From Octopus vulgaris (taxonomy: Eukaryota), in assembly GCA_951406725.2 (NCBI GenBank), contig OX597818.1, forward strand, positions 128,836,001-128,900,000: 64,000 bases of DNA, given 5' to 3'. Shown piece by piece: positions 40,050 to 53,200 of this stretch (its first letter is position 1; each line of letters begins with the position of its first letter). Made by a program: the position numbers and the translations under genes. Below the pieces are notes generated by a model. The model saw only the letters and a list, made by a program, of their open reading frames with translations, made no database searches and was not told the DNA's origin.

Positions 40050-40515
40050 GGCTTTGCCGAGGGTAGACTTGCAAATCAGCGTCAAAATCCACAGTCAGTT
40101 ATGGTTTGGGTGGCTGTGACAGCCACTGGAAGGTCCCCCTCATTTCTGTTTCCAGAATGTTGCTTATGTGTCACTGGGTTTTAATTTTAACACCCAGTGA
40201 TACATTAGCGACCCTCTGGAAGCTGAACTGTTTTCATGAGCAAATGAGCACTTTCAAAGCACACTTTCATCCCACAGCTCAAAACACACAACACTGGTTT
40301 CAGAAAAACGTTCCATCATTCATAGGCAAGAATGTATGGCCCTCAAGAAGCCCCAATCTCAACCTGTTGGATTTTTGTGTGGTCCATTTTGGAGACGAGA
40401 GTCTTGATGCTCTGAAGACATCAGGAATGTGCCAGAAATGGGCTTCGATCCTGCAAGAACAGCTGCATGTCATTTGTGAAGCATTTGCACCTAGACAGAG
40501 GTGGTCATATTGAAT
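40050..40515 (+). mobile_element. IS630-Tc1-mariner (maT/DD37D-like) transposase 3' remnant
   Basis: RQNPQSVMVWVAVTATGRSP and HPTAQNTQHWF...WPSRSPNLNLLDF motifs, frameshifted. Confidence 0.82.
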
Positions 40516-40623
40516 AAATGTAGTAGTGTCATAATTGTGTTTCCTTTACATATGCAACACAAGGATCCAAAATATAACAATATTTTGCTTTGGCAAAATT
40601 GAAAAAAGTTGGTTGCCTGCAAT

Positions 40624-40833
40624 TTATTAAATACATATACTAATGTATATGCTTTGTGTAGTTTCTAGTGGCTGCAATGGCATCGCAGAGTGTATAAACT
40701 CTCATGTCACCAGTGTTAAACCATCTTAGCCATGGTGTTTTAATCAGCGATATGCAAGTTTATATACTCTGCTACACTATTGCAGCTACTGGAAAATAAA
40801 CAAAGCATATACATTAGTATATGTATTTAATAA
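40624..40833. repeat. 210-bp imperfect palindrome (arms ~80 bp)
   Basis: ttattaaatacatatactaatgtatatgctttgt... and ...acaaagcatatacattagtatatgtatttaataa are perfect for 34 bp, then about 80% complementary. Confidence 0.9.
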
Positions 40834-40877
40834 TATTTATTACACTAGAGCTGCCTTTACATCATACACACACACAT

Positions 40878-42292
40878 ACATCATCATTGTCATACGTCCG
40901 TTGTCCATGCTGGCATAGGTTGGATGGTTTGACTGGGCTGGCATGTTGGAAGGCTGCGCCAGGATCCAGTGTGATTTGGCATGGTTTTCTATGGCTGGAT
41001 GCCCTTCCTAATGCCAACCACTCCGAGAGTGAAATGGGTGCTTTTTGTGCCATTTACATGGCACCGGTATCTGCCATGACTGTGATTTTGCTCAGCTTGA
41101 TGGGTCTTCTTCTCAAGCATGACATAATGCCAAAGGTCTTGGTCATTGCCTCTGTGAGACCCAACACTCGGCCACTTTGCCTCCATGAAGTCCAATGCTC
41201 GAAAGGAACTCAGCTACTTCGCCTCTGTGAGGCCCATTTGAAAGGAGCTCAGCCACCTCACCTCCATGAGGCCCAACTCTCAGAAGGAACTCAGCCACTT
41301 TGCTTCCATGAGGCCCAACACTCGAAAGGAACTCGTGAGGCCTATTCAAAAGGTACTCAGCCACCTCACCTCTATTAGGCCCAACACTCAAAAGGAACTC
41401 AGCCACTTTGCTTCTGTGAGGCCTGCTCGAAAGGAACTCAGCCACCTCACCTCCGTGAAGCCCAACACTCAAAAGGAACTCAGCCACTTTGCTTCCAAGA
41501 GGCCCAATGCTCAAAAGGAATTCAGTCACTTTGCCTCTGTCAGGCCCAACATTTGAAAGGTACTCAGCCACTTTGCCTCCATGAGGCCCAACATTCAAAG
41601 GTTGATAAGCACATCACCAAAGGTATGGCCTCTGTCAAACATGCACACTGACATTGCACATCCAGCAAAGCATAGTGGCTTCATTTCTCTCAATGTCCTT
41701 GGCTGTCATAGCCCATGTTTCACTGCCATGCAGTATAGCTGTTCACACACAGGCATCAAATAATCTGCCTTTCACTCTGAGAGGCTCTTTGTTCCCAGCA
41801 GGGGTAAGAGCTCTCTGAACTTTGTCCAGTCTAGTCTTATTCTCACAGCTATGCTTCGGAACAACCACCTCTACTACTAGCCTGGCTGCCTAGATACTTG
41901 AAGCTACAACTTCTAGCTTGCCCCACTGGAGTCTATTTTCTGCACATGTTCAGCATTTATTACACCTGTGCACTTTCCACATACAAAAGTTAGTTTCCCT
42001 GTAAACCTTCCTTTCATGTTGCTGCACCTTTTGTGCATTCAAGGCTTACACTGGGTGCATCTTATGGAGTTTCTACCTACACCTTTTCTACAGATCAAGC
42101 AGGGCCGGGCATCTATCTGAGGGATTTGTGATTTGCCTGCCTTCCTACTTACTATGATTTTGATTTCTGCTAGGTTAACTCTAAGACCTTTTAATTCTAG
42201 ACCTTGTTTCCTTACCTGAAACTTCTCTAGCTGAGGTTGTGATTCAGCTATAAGAGCAAGGTCATCAGCATAGAGGAGCTCTCAGGGACAAC

Positions 42293-42296
<4 letters not shown>
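40878..42296 (-). mobile_element. RTE-clade LINE, 5'-truncated: RT with embedded PHD finger, 42-bp minisatellite, and SINE-B-like 3' tail
   Basis: GCP*ELLYADDLALIAES..GLRVNL, then CLICRKGVGRNSIRCTQCKP*MHKRC..FVCGKC, then FKYLG..WTKFRELLPLL. The tail matches family B SINEs. Confidence 0.88.
41150..41600. repeat. ~42-bp minisatellite (about 11 units)
   Basis: Repeated aaggaactcagccactttgcctccatgaggcccaacactc(a/g). Confidence 0.92.
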
Positions 42297-42338
<42 letters not shown>

Positions 42339-42499
42339 GTGGTCATCCCTCTTATATGTATGTAATATAATTTTCTGAACCTTCAGATTTTAATATGCTA
42401 GAGCACTGGTTTTGAATTGATATTAATCAAATTAATATTCAATTTTTCACCCTCATTTTAAATTATATATATAAGTAACATATATATATATATATAAGT

Positions 42500-42545
<46 letters not shown>

Positions 42546-43269
42546 TAACGTATATATATATATATACATTACTTGTACACACACATATGTATACATTATT
42601 ACATATATCATATATATAATACAAAAACACACTGCTGACTGTGATAATTAATGAAATAGTAATAAAATTTTAAAATTCATTCTTTCTGTGTGGTCCAGGA
42701 TCACCAGACTTTTCATTTGATAAGGAAGTGTGTAACAGAAATGCAGTGAAAAGGCCCAACTGGGAATTGAACCAGTGCCACATATGGCATTTTGTCTGAT
42801 TTATTTTGTCTTATACACACATTTTGTCTTATACACACACACACACACGAATGCATGTGTATGTGTTTGTTAGTGTGTGTGTGTATATTCTTTATTATCT
42901 ATAAATACAAGAATATTTTATAATTTCAATGTGTCCATACATAATTAGAGAAAAATCAACCAAAAATGATTTTTAAACAATAAAAAACAATATTGCTTAT
43001 GTTTATTTCATTATTACATTTTTTTGTTTTACATAATTTTGCCTGCGTTCTTGTTCATAAACATTTTCATAAGTAGCTGCTGTTCTTGTTAAAAAAGACA
43101 CGAACAAAAAAAAAATGGAAAAAAATTGAAATAAATCATTATCTTAAAAGAGATTTTTGTTCTTGTTATTATTACAGTTTTATTATTGTTTTTTTGTGTG
43201 GTTGTTCTTGTGCTGTAGAAATCTGAAAAGCCATTTATCCCTGGGACAATTTTTGTGATTTTGTTGTTG

Positions 43270-43338
43270 TGCATGTATATATATGCATCTGTATAATATA
43301 TATATATATATATATACACATCATACACACATGTATGT

Positions 43339-43393
<55 letters not shown>

Positions 43394-43647
43394 TATATAT
43401 ATACATGTATGTATACATATATATATGTACATACATATGTATATATGTGTATACACATGTATATATATGTGTATATTTACATGTATATGTGTGTATATAT
43501 ATGTATATATATATGTATGTATATATACGTATGCTCACACTCAAAATTATATATAAGCACATATACATAGATATATACACATACATATGCACACACACAT
43601 ATATATATATATACATATATGTACATATATAATTATAAAGAATATGC

Positions 43648-43688
<41 letters not shown>

Positions 43689-43707
43689 AACATGTGCATA
43701 TATGTGT

Positions 43708-43755
<48 letters not shown>

Positions 43756-44010
43756 ATACTTGCATATACATATATATTTTGTGTATGTATATGCATGAGT
43801 GTATATATATGTGTATATTTGTAGATATGAATGTATATGCATGCATTCATGTAAGCATGTATATATTTGTGTATATGCATGTAATTTTATAATCATGTAC
43901 ACACACACACACACACACACACATGTACATATGTATATAGACACATATGTATACATACACATTCAAACATCTGCTTACATATTCATACACATGCATGTAT
44001 GTATGTATGC
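43270..44010. repeat. Compound (TA)n/(CA)n/(TG)n microsatellite field
   Basis: Directly visible; explains the YI/HT-rich ORFs. Confidence 0.97.
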
Positions 44011-44909
44011 CTGAGTGTACGTAAGCACTTGTACATGTGTTACTGGTTTGCTTTTTTATTATTTGTCCTTTGCTATTTTTGTTAATTTAAACCTATTTAA
44101 GGTAACTTGTAATATAAAAGTAGAAGATATTTTCCCTGTCGCATAAAACCTTGCTGTTGGGCATTTTATGAACAAGAATCTAAAATGACTTTAGTTAGAC
44201 TTCAGTAAGTATTAGATTGGCATATATAGCCTTTTTCTTAATATATGTGTGTTTCTTGAAACAATTCAATTAATTTCTTCAAGTAAATATTTTTATTTAT
44301 TTATATAAATTTATTTGTGTATTTTCAAAATTTGATGTTATTTATTTTACTTTGGTTTTAATATTGTCTGTTTTAAAAAATTTTTTTGTTTTTGTTTCTG
44401 TTTTATTAGTTTTGAAAATTTCAAGAAATGAAACAGAAATAAAGACAAAACAACATACAAAAAAAAAAATAATAAATAAAATCAGCCAGAAAATTATAAG
44501 AAATAACAATAAATACCATAAGCAACACAGTGTTAATGAATAATGCAATTTTCTTTTATTAATAACACAACGAAACAATGCAAATAATACAGTAATAAAA
44601 CAGCAGAATAAATACATAATGAATTTACACAGTTATTTTCCCCTCTATGACCCATTTACCCCCAAATCCCCTTGTTTTCAGAAAATTATATTTGAGTTGA
44701 GATTTTGCCTTTTTTCATTTTAGTTAACCCTGTTCAGTTTGTGGATTGATAAAATTCTCATCAAGCATTATCAAAAGAAGAGTTGAAAAAAGTTACATCC
44801 AGTGACAGGTATGATAGTAGTTTAGGCTTACTCTTCAATTGGCATACAGCCTATTTCTTAATATATATGTGTTTGCTGAAATAATTCAAGAAAGTATTTA
44901 AACTGCTAT

Positions 44910-45232
44910 CACCATCATCATCATCATCATCATCATCGTTTAACGTCCGTTCTCCATGTTAGCATGGGTTGGACGGTTCGACCAGGGATCTGGGAAGCCA
45001 AAAGGCTGCATCAGGCTCCAGTCTTATCTGGCAATGTTTCTAAAGCTGGATGCCCTTCTTAACGCCAACCACTCCGTGAGTGTAGTGGGTGCTTTTTACG
45101 TGCCACCCGCACAGGTGCCAGGCGAGGCTGGCAACGGCCACGGTTGGATTGGTGCAATTTACGTGCCACCGGCACGGAATCCAGTCTAGGCGGCGCTGGC
45201 ATCGGCCACGATTCGGATAGTGCTTTTTACGT
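44910..45232 (-). mobile_element. Family B SINE
   Basis: Reverse complement of the 15417-15763 type, with (CAT)n tail. Confidence 0.87.
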
Positions 45233-45342
45233 AGCCCAAATATTTTACCTGTTTCATGTCTCATATTTAAACCAACCAGATGTAGCCTCGTATACCATAC
45301 AATGTCATTCTAAAATTAAAGTCACATTATCGAAACCTCAAA

Positions 45343-45743
45343 GGCACAGGAGTGGCTGTGTGGTAAGTAGCTTGCTAACCAACCACATGGTTCCGGGTTC
45401 AGTCCCACTGCGTGGCATCTTGGGCAAGTGTCTTCTGCTATAACCCCGGGCCGACCAATGCCATGTGAGTGGATTTGGTAGACGGAAACTGAAAGAAGCC
45501 TGTCGTATATATGTATGTATATATGTGTGTGTATGTGTTTGTGTGTCTGTGTTTGTCCCCCCCTAGCATTGCTTGACAACCGATGCTGGTGTGTTTACGT
45601 CCCCGTCACTTAGCGGTTCGGCAAAAGAGACCGATAGAATAAGTACTGGGCTTACAAAAGAATAAGTCCCGGGGTCGAGTTGCTCAACTAAAGGCGGTGC
45701 TCCAGCATGGCCGCAGTCAAATGACTGAAACAAGTAAAGAGAG
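45343..45743 (+). mobile_element. Young SINE family A inserted in a piggyBac MITE
   Basis: Match to family A; flanks rejoin into a family 1 MITE ending AAAGGG|TTAA. Confidence 0.9.
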
Positions 45744-47359
45744 TACAAGATAATGTATGATTAATTGAAACACTGAATGAATCAGCATTGCATTTGAAAG
45801 AGCTATCTGAATGCTAAAGGGTTAAATCTAGTTGGGTTCTCTCTATCCTGTGGTTAATAGATACTAAAGATTGTCCGAGCTGAAGTTTCAAACTTTGGAC
45901 TGTGGCCATGCGTGAAGAATAAGGGCAGGATGGAAGGTGTTTACCTCGATAAAAGATATGCTCAGAGCATAGTTACACACACAGACACACACACAAATGG
46001 ATATGCATATAAAATACATACACATAGTGGTCACATCGCTAGATTGTGGGTTCAGTTTCTGGATCAAGTAGTGTGTTGTATTCTTGAGTAAAGCACTTCA
46101 TTTCATGCTGCTCCAGTTCACTCAGCTGTGATGGATCAGCCTCCTGATCAGGGGGAATGTTGGCTTGATTGCCTAGTTAGAGGAGTGGCATCATTCAAAA
46201 GCTAAAATAATGCAAAGTGCATTGTGATCAGTGATATATAACAACATCTGATTATCTGGTCGATCATGTGATCATGTGCCAAAAACCACAGAAATCATCA
46301 CCATCATCATCATTTAACATCTGTTGTCCATGCTAGCATGGGTTAAATGGTTTCACCAAAGCTGGTGGGGCTGCACCAGACTCTAGTCTGATTTGGCTGA
46401 GTGCTGTTACATGGCACTGCACTGGCACTTTTGCATGGTGTGGCACAGGCCTTTTACATGACACCACACAGGTACTTTTACATGTCACCACCATGTTAAC
46501 ACTTTGAGTAGAGAAGGGTATGTTTAAAGTGACTGAGAAGAGATTAGTTGATGAACCTAATGCTATTAGGAGAAGAAAGTGAATGACAATTGGAGGTAGA
46601 AGAGATCATAAGAGAACTGGAAAAGAAAGACCAGACCGTGGGAAAGAAAAACAACAATGGTGAAGAAGGCTGTGTGGTGGTCACTGTTGAAATTCCACTT
46701 AAGAAGAATATTAGGTGAGAAGTAATTTTTTGAAATGTGGATGAGAGTAATGCAACAGTTGTTGTTATGTGGACTTACTTGAAATGACTGTAGGCTAGTA
46801 AAAAGAACTGCTGTGGAGTACGGTTTTTCTTGAGAAATGTGTTGTTTAACATCAAATTGTATAAAGGAGATTTCTGTCATCATCAAGTCATTAAAAAATG
46901 GTTATATTGAAAATAATGGAAGTTGCTTATGTTTGATGCATTTTATTTGCCAAAGATTCTTAAATCACGACTTTTGTTTACACCTTTGTAGTTGCATTTA
47001 CTTCAAATGTCATTGAAAAGCTGTTTTCAAAGTTATGTCAAGCTCCATTTATAGGTCTGCATTTGATGAAGTGAAATCTATCTTTAGAAATGGTAGCATG
47101 CCAGAAATGTTGAGCAATAAGCATTTGAGTTTGTGAAAAATATTGATAAGATGGAACAAAATGGATTTTCATTTGTGAAATCAGCACCTCAAAATTCTTG
47201 GGAAACATGTCTCCAACACTTTCCATCATTCCATGCTTTTCATATGCAAGCCAGTAGGGTTCACTCTGAGCACTAATTTTTTCACAGTGAACGTACTGGT
47301 TGTACAGTAAAAACCATGAAAAATTGAATATTAATTTGATTAATATCAATTTATAAGTA

Positions 47360-47401
<42 letters not shown>

Positions 47402-47849
47402 GTTACTTATACACACACATATGTATGCATTATTACATATATCATATATATAATACAAAAACACACTGCTGACTGTGATAATTAATGAAATTGTAATAAA
47501 ATTTTAAAATTCATTCTTTCTGTGTGGTCCAGCACCAAATGATAGATTTTATGCTTGAAAAATTAATCCAATATTTTCCACATGTAGAACAGTGGAGTTG
47601 GCTCAGTGCTGTAAGAACCTGTTTTGGTTCATTAGCATTTCCTTCTTCAGTATCTCATTGCTTTTTAGTTCCAACCTTGTCATGACTAAGACAAACACCA
47701 TTTTCTTTCCTTCTACACTGAGCCTGTTGACTCTTTCTTCTCCCTACTTTTTTTTTTCTCTTATCATTAGGAGACAAAAATCTGTATTTGCTTCCTTGAG
47801 ATAAGTTTTACTAAGAAAACCTTTACTATGTTCGTAGTAGTAGTAGTGG

Positions 47850-48539
47850 TTTCAAATTTTGTCACAAGGGCAGCTATTTTTTTGGGGAGGAGATGAGTTG
47901 ATTACATCACCCTCAGTGTTTTACTGGTCCTTAATTTATCCACCCTGAAAGCATGAAAGGCAAAGCTGGCCTTGGCTGATTTTGAACTTAGAATGTAGCA
48001 ATGGGCAAAACACCACTAAGCATTTCACCCAGCATGTTAAAGATTCTGCCAGCTCACTGTCTTAATAATATTAACCCTTTTGATACCAACCCGGCCAAAA
48101 CCGCCTCTGGCTCTGTAGTACAAATGTCTTGTTTTCATAAGTATTGAATTAAAATCTTCCACCAAACCTTAGTCACAATTTATGTTCCTAACACTAGCTG
48201 AATGATAACGAAGTTATTTTACTAAATTTTTTGTTATATTTAAAATTAATTGAAAGAAATGTAGAGCATCTCAAAATAAATACGGTAACGAAAGGGTTAA
48301 TAATAATAATAATAATCTTTTCTACTGGAGGCACAAGGCCTCAAATTTGGTGAGAGGGGACTAATCGAATACATCAACCCCGGTGTTTCACTGATACTTA
48401 ATTTATCGACCCCAAAAGAATGAATGGCAATGTTGACCTTGGTGGAATTTCAATTCAGAACGTAGTGATGGGTGAAATACCTCTAAGCATTTCATCCAGT
48501 GTGTTAATGATTCTGCCAGCTCACCACCTCAACAATAAC

Positions 48540-48577
<38 letters not shown>

Positions 48578-48754
48578 TTCTTTCGAGTTTTAGCTCAAGG
48601 CCAGCAATTTTTGAGGGATGGGGTTCAACAGTTACTTGTTTTGTCAGCTTCAAAAGGATGACAGGCAAAGTCAACACTGGTGAAATTTGAACTCAGATGT
48701 AATGCCATAAGCATTTTGTCCAGTGTGCTAATGATTCTGCCAGCTTGTCACCTT

Positions 48755-48802
<48 letters not shown>

Positions 48803-49142
48803 GGGCAAAAAAATGGATTGTGTGAAATTTCTGACATTTCTCTCCCCATCCCTTCAGAAAACATTTTTCCAAGAAATAATAATAATAATAATAATAATAA
48901 TAAGAAGAAGAAGAAGAAGAAGAAGAATCCTTTCTATTATAGGTACAAAGCCTGAAATTTGTTGGGAGTGAGTAAGTTGATCACATCGATCCCAGTGCTT
49001 GGTTGGTACTTAATTTATCAACTCCAAATAGATGAAAGGCAAAATTGACCTTGGTGGAATTAGAATTCAGAACATAGAAACAGATGAAATGTTGCTAAGC
49101 ATTTTGCCTGGTGCAGCAACATTTCTGCCAGTTTGCCACCTT
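47850..49142 (-). mobile_element. Head-to-tail stack of 4 family D SINEs separated by (AAT)n
   Basis: Repeated ggcacaaggcc...gaaaggcaaagtcgac...ttctgccagc units. Confidence 0.8.
48075..48296. mobile_element. piggyBac-type MITE (family 2)
   Basis: TTAA|CCCTTTTGATACC...GGTAACGAAAGGG|TTAA. Confidence 0.9.
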
Positions 49143-49419
49143 AAAAATAAAAATAAAAATGATAATAATAAGAAAATGCAGCATACACCACCCTACCAGC
49201 ACAGAGGTGCAACAAATAATGCAGTAGAAAGTTGCTTGAAACTTTCAGATCTCAAACATTACCTTAACAGAGAGACGAGTTTCCAAAGGACTCTGGTTGT
49301 TGTAGGGAAAACAAAGCTGGACCTTTAAGGGAAAGCCTCCCGCTTAGTAGTGGATCAGTAAAAATGTAGACTGACCACAGCTGTCATCCTAATACAGTAT
49401 CAGCAGATAATAGAGCAAG

Positions 49420-49675
49420 GAGGAGGAAGTGGACTAGCAAAGAAAACAGGATAGTGATACAGTACTACTTAGAAAGTGAACCTAAAAGAAGAGGCTATAG
49501 AAAACAGATGTTAACACTTTGAGTAGCGAAGGGTATGTTTAAAGTGACTGAGAAGAGATTAGTTGATGAAGCTAATGCTATTAGGAGAAGAAAGGGAATG
49601 ACAGAATTGGAGGTAGAAGAGATCATAAGAGAACAGGAAAAGAAAGACCAGACCGTGGGAAAGAAAAACAACTAC
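49420..49675 (+). mobile_element. R4/Dong-like LINE N-terminal ORF remnant
   Basis: RRKWTSKENRIVIQYYLESEPKRRGYRKQMLTL*VAKGMFKVTEKRLVDEANAIRRR..TELEVEEI, resembling the Myb-like N-terminus of R4-clade elements (recalled). Confidence 0.65.
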
Positions 49676-50275
49676 ATAAGAGAAACTGATGATGATGATG
49701 ATGATGATGATGATTCTTGCTAATTTTTGGCACAAGGCCAGCAATTTCAAGGGAGAGGGGAAGTTGATTACATAAACCCCATTGCTCAACTGGTACTTAT
49801 TTTATCAATTCTAAAAGGATGAAAGATGAGGTTGACTACTGAGGCATTTGGACATAGAACATAAATCCAGAAGAAATGCTCTCATTTTCTTCATCAAACA
49901 GTATTTGAAAAAGTTGTTGAGAGCTTGGCCAGAAGAAAAGGCTCTGTTCTGAATTTTTTCAGTCTTGTCCACCATATTATCTCTTTTTCCATAGCCATCA
50001 AACAGAAGAAAAATGCCTGTCCTTCCTCCTGCCAAAGAATGCCTCAAATTTGGGGGAGGTATGCTGTTTTAAAGATGAAAGGCAAATTTGACCTTGGTAG
50101 GATTTGAACTTGGAGTATAAAAGAATCTTAACAAAATACAGCAAGGCATTATGCTTGATTCTGCTATTCCACCTTTCTAAAAAATAAAACTAGTTCTAAT
50201 AACAATAGTTTCAAATTTTGGCACAAAAGATAAGTTGATAACATCGACCATAAAAGGATGAATGACAAAGTCGAC

Positions 50276-53200
50276 TTTTTAAAAATTTTGGGGGAAAATT
50301 TTCCTATATTTTTAGGGGAAAATTTTCAAAAATTTTTCGGGTAAATTTTGGGGAAAATATTGAAAAATTTTGAATATTTTGGGAAAAATTTTGAAAAGTT
50401 TTTGGGAAATAATTTCAAATATTTTTGGGGAAAATTTTGAAAAAATTTTGAGGAAAAATTTTCAAAAATTTTGGGGAAAATTTTCAAAAATTTTTGGGAA
50501 AAATATTGAAAAATATTTGGGAAAAATTTAGAAAAATTTTTGTGGAAAAATTTTAATATATTTCTGGGGAAAATTTTAAACAATTTTTTGGGAAAATTTT
50601 CAAAAAACTTTGGGGGAAAATTTTGAAAAAATTTTGGAGAAAATTTTCAGAAATTTTGGGGGAAAATTTTCATATATTTTTGGTGAAAATTTTGAAACGT
50701 TTTTGGTAAAAATTAAAAAAACTCTTTGGAGAAAATTTTCAAAAATTTTAGCGGAAAATTTTCAAAAATCTTTGGGAAAAAAATTTTGAAAAATATTATG
50801 TAAAAATTTTCCAAAAATTTTCCAAAAATTTTCGGGAAAATTTTAAAAAATATTTTGAAAAAATTTTCCAAAAATTTCAGGGAAAACTTTTCAAAAATTT
50901 TTGGGAAAATTTTGAAAAAATTTTAGGGAAAATATTGAAAAATTTTTGAGAATAAATATTGAAAAATGTTTGGGAAAATTTTGAAAAGTTTTTGGGAAAT
51001 AATTTCAAATATTTTTGGGGAAAATTTTGAAAAAATTTTGGGGAAAAATTTTCAAAAATCTTTTGAAAAATTTTCAAAGATTTTTGGGAAAAATATTGAA
51101 AAATATTTGGGAAAAATTTAGAAAAATTTTTGTGGAAAATTTACAAAAATTTTGGGGAAAATTTTCAAGTTTTTTGGGAAAAATTTTGAAAAATTTTGGG
51201 GAAAATTTTAAAAAATTTTTGTGAAAAATATTGAAAAATTTTTGGGGAAAATTTAGAAAAATTTTGGCGAAAATTTTCAAAAAATTTTTGGAAATAATAT
51301 TCATACATTTTTGGGGAATATTTTAAGAAATTTTTGGGAAAAAATAGTGAAAAATTTTTGAGAATAAATATTGAAAAATTTTGGGGAAAAGTTTTGGGAA
51401 AAGTTTTGAAAAAATTTTAGGGAAAAATTTAGAAAAATATTTTGGGGAAAATTTTGGGGAAAATTTTGAAAAATTTTCATGTATTTCTGGGGAAAGTTTT
51501 CAAAAAATTTTTCAGGAAAATTTTGAAAAAGATTTTGGAGAAAATTTTCATATATTTCTGGGGAAAATTTTGAACAATTTTTGGGGAAAACTTTAAAAAA
51601 ATTTTTGGGGTAAATTTTCAAAAATTTTGGTAGAAAATTTTCATATATTTTTGGGAAAAATTTTAAAAAGTTTTTGAGAAAAATTTTTAAAAATTTTTGG
51701 GGAAAATTTTCATATATTTTGGGGAAAATTTTGAAAAATTTGAGGAAAATTTTCAAAAATCTTTGGAAAAAATTTTCATATATTTTTGGGGAAAATTTTG
51801 AAAAAATTATTCAAAAATTTTTGTGAAAATTTTTGGGAAAAATTTAGAAAAAAAAATTTTCGCCAAAAATTTTTGAAAAGTTTCCCCATTACTTTTTGAA
51901 AATTATTCCCCAAACCTTTTGAAAATTTTCTACAAAATTCTTTCAAAATTTTTTCCCCGAAATTCTTCATATGTCCAGCTATCTACGCCAATATCCGGCA
52001 ATCTCCGTTAGTGTCCGGCAATTTCCGGCAATTTCCGACAATCTCCGACAATTTCCGGTAATCTCCGGTAATTTCCGACAATCTCCGGGAATTTCCGGTA
52101 ATCTCCGGCAATTTCCGGTAATCTCCGGCGACTTCCGGTAATCTCCGGCAATTTCCGGTAATCTCCGGCAATTTCCGGTAATTTCCGGCAATTTTCGGCA
52201 ATCCCCGGAAAAATATTTTGAAAAATTTTTGAAAATTTTCCCAAAATTTTTGAAAATTTTCCCGCAAAAGTTTTGAAAATTATTCCCCAAAATTTTTGAA
52301 AATTTTCCTTAAAAATCATTCAAAATTTTTTCCGCAATATTCTCGATATGTCCAGCTATCTCCACCAATATCCGTTAATTTCCGACTATCTCCGTTAATT
52401 TCCGACAATCTCCGATAATTTCCGGCAATCTCCGTTAATTTCCGACAATCTCCGATAATTTCCGGCAATCTCCGTTAATTTCCGACAATCTCCGATAATT
52501 TCCGGCAATCCCGCCGACAATCCCGCCAATTTCCGGCAATGTGCGCCAATTTCTGGCAATCTACGGAAAATTTTTTTGAAAATTCTTCGCCAAAATTTCC
52601 GTCAATTCCCGTCAATTTCCGGCAACGTGCGGCAATTTCTCGGCAATCTTCGGAAAAATGTTTTGAAAATTTTCCCCAAAAGTTTTGAAAATTATTCCCC
52701 AAAATTTTTGAAAATTTTCCTAAAAATCTTTCAAAATTTTTTCCGCAATATTCTTGATATGTCCAGCTATCTCCGCCAATATCCGGCAATTTCCGTTAAT
52801 TTCCGGCTATCTCCGTTAATTTCCGACAATCTCCGATAATTTCCGGCAATCTCCGTTAATTTCCGACAATCTCCGATAATTTCCGGCAATCTCCGTTAAT
52901 TTCCGACAATATCCGATAATTTCCGGCAATCTCCGTTAATTTCCGACAATCCCCGCCAATTTCCGGCAATGTGCGCCAATTTCTGGCAATCTACGGAAAA
53001 CTTTTTTGAAAATTCTTCGCCAAAATTTCCGTCAATTCCCGTCAATTTCCGGCAACGTGCGGCAATTCTCGGCAATCTTCGGAAAAATGTTTTGAAAATT
53101 TTCCCCCAAAAGTTTTGAAAATTATTCCCCAAAATTTTTGAAAATTTTCCTTAAAAATCTTTCAAAATTTTTTCCGCAATATTCTTGATATGTCCAGCTA

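Larger units (their letters stand above)
34767..47810 (-). pseudogene. Candidate decayed multi-exon gene, unidentified
   Basis: Non-repeat, protein-like segments with splice-like boundaries and scattered stops at 47810-~47465, 47295-46779, 39523-39329, ~36810-36535 and ~34907-34767. Confidence 0.35.
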
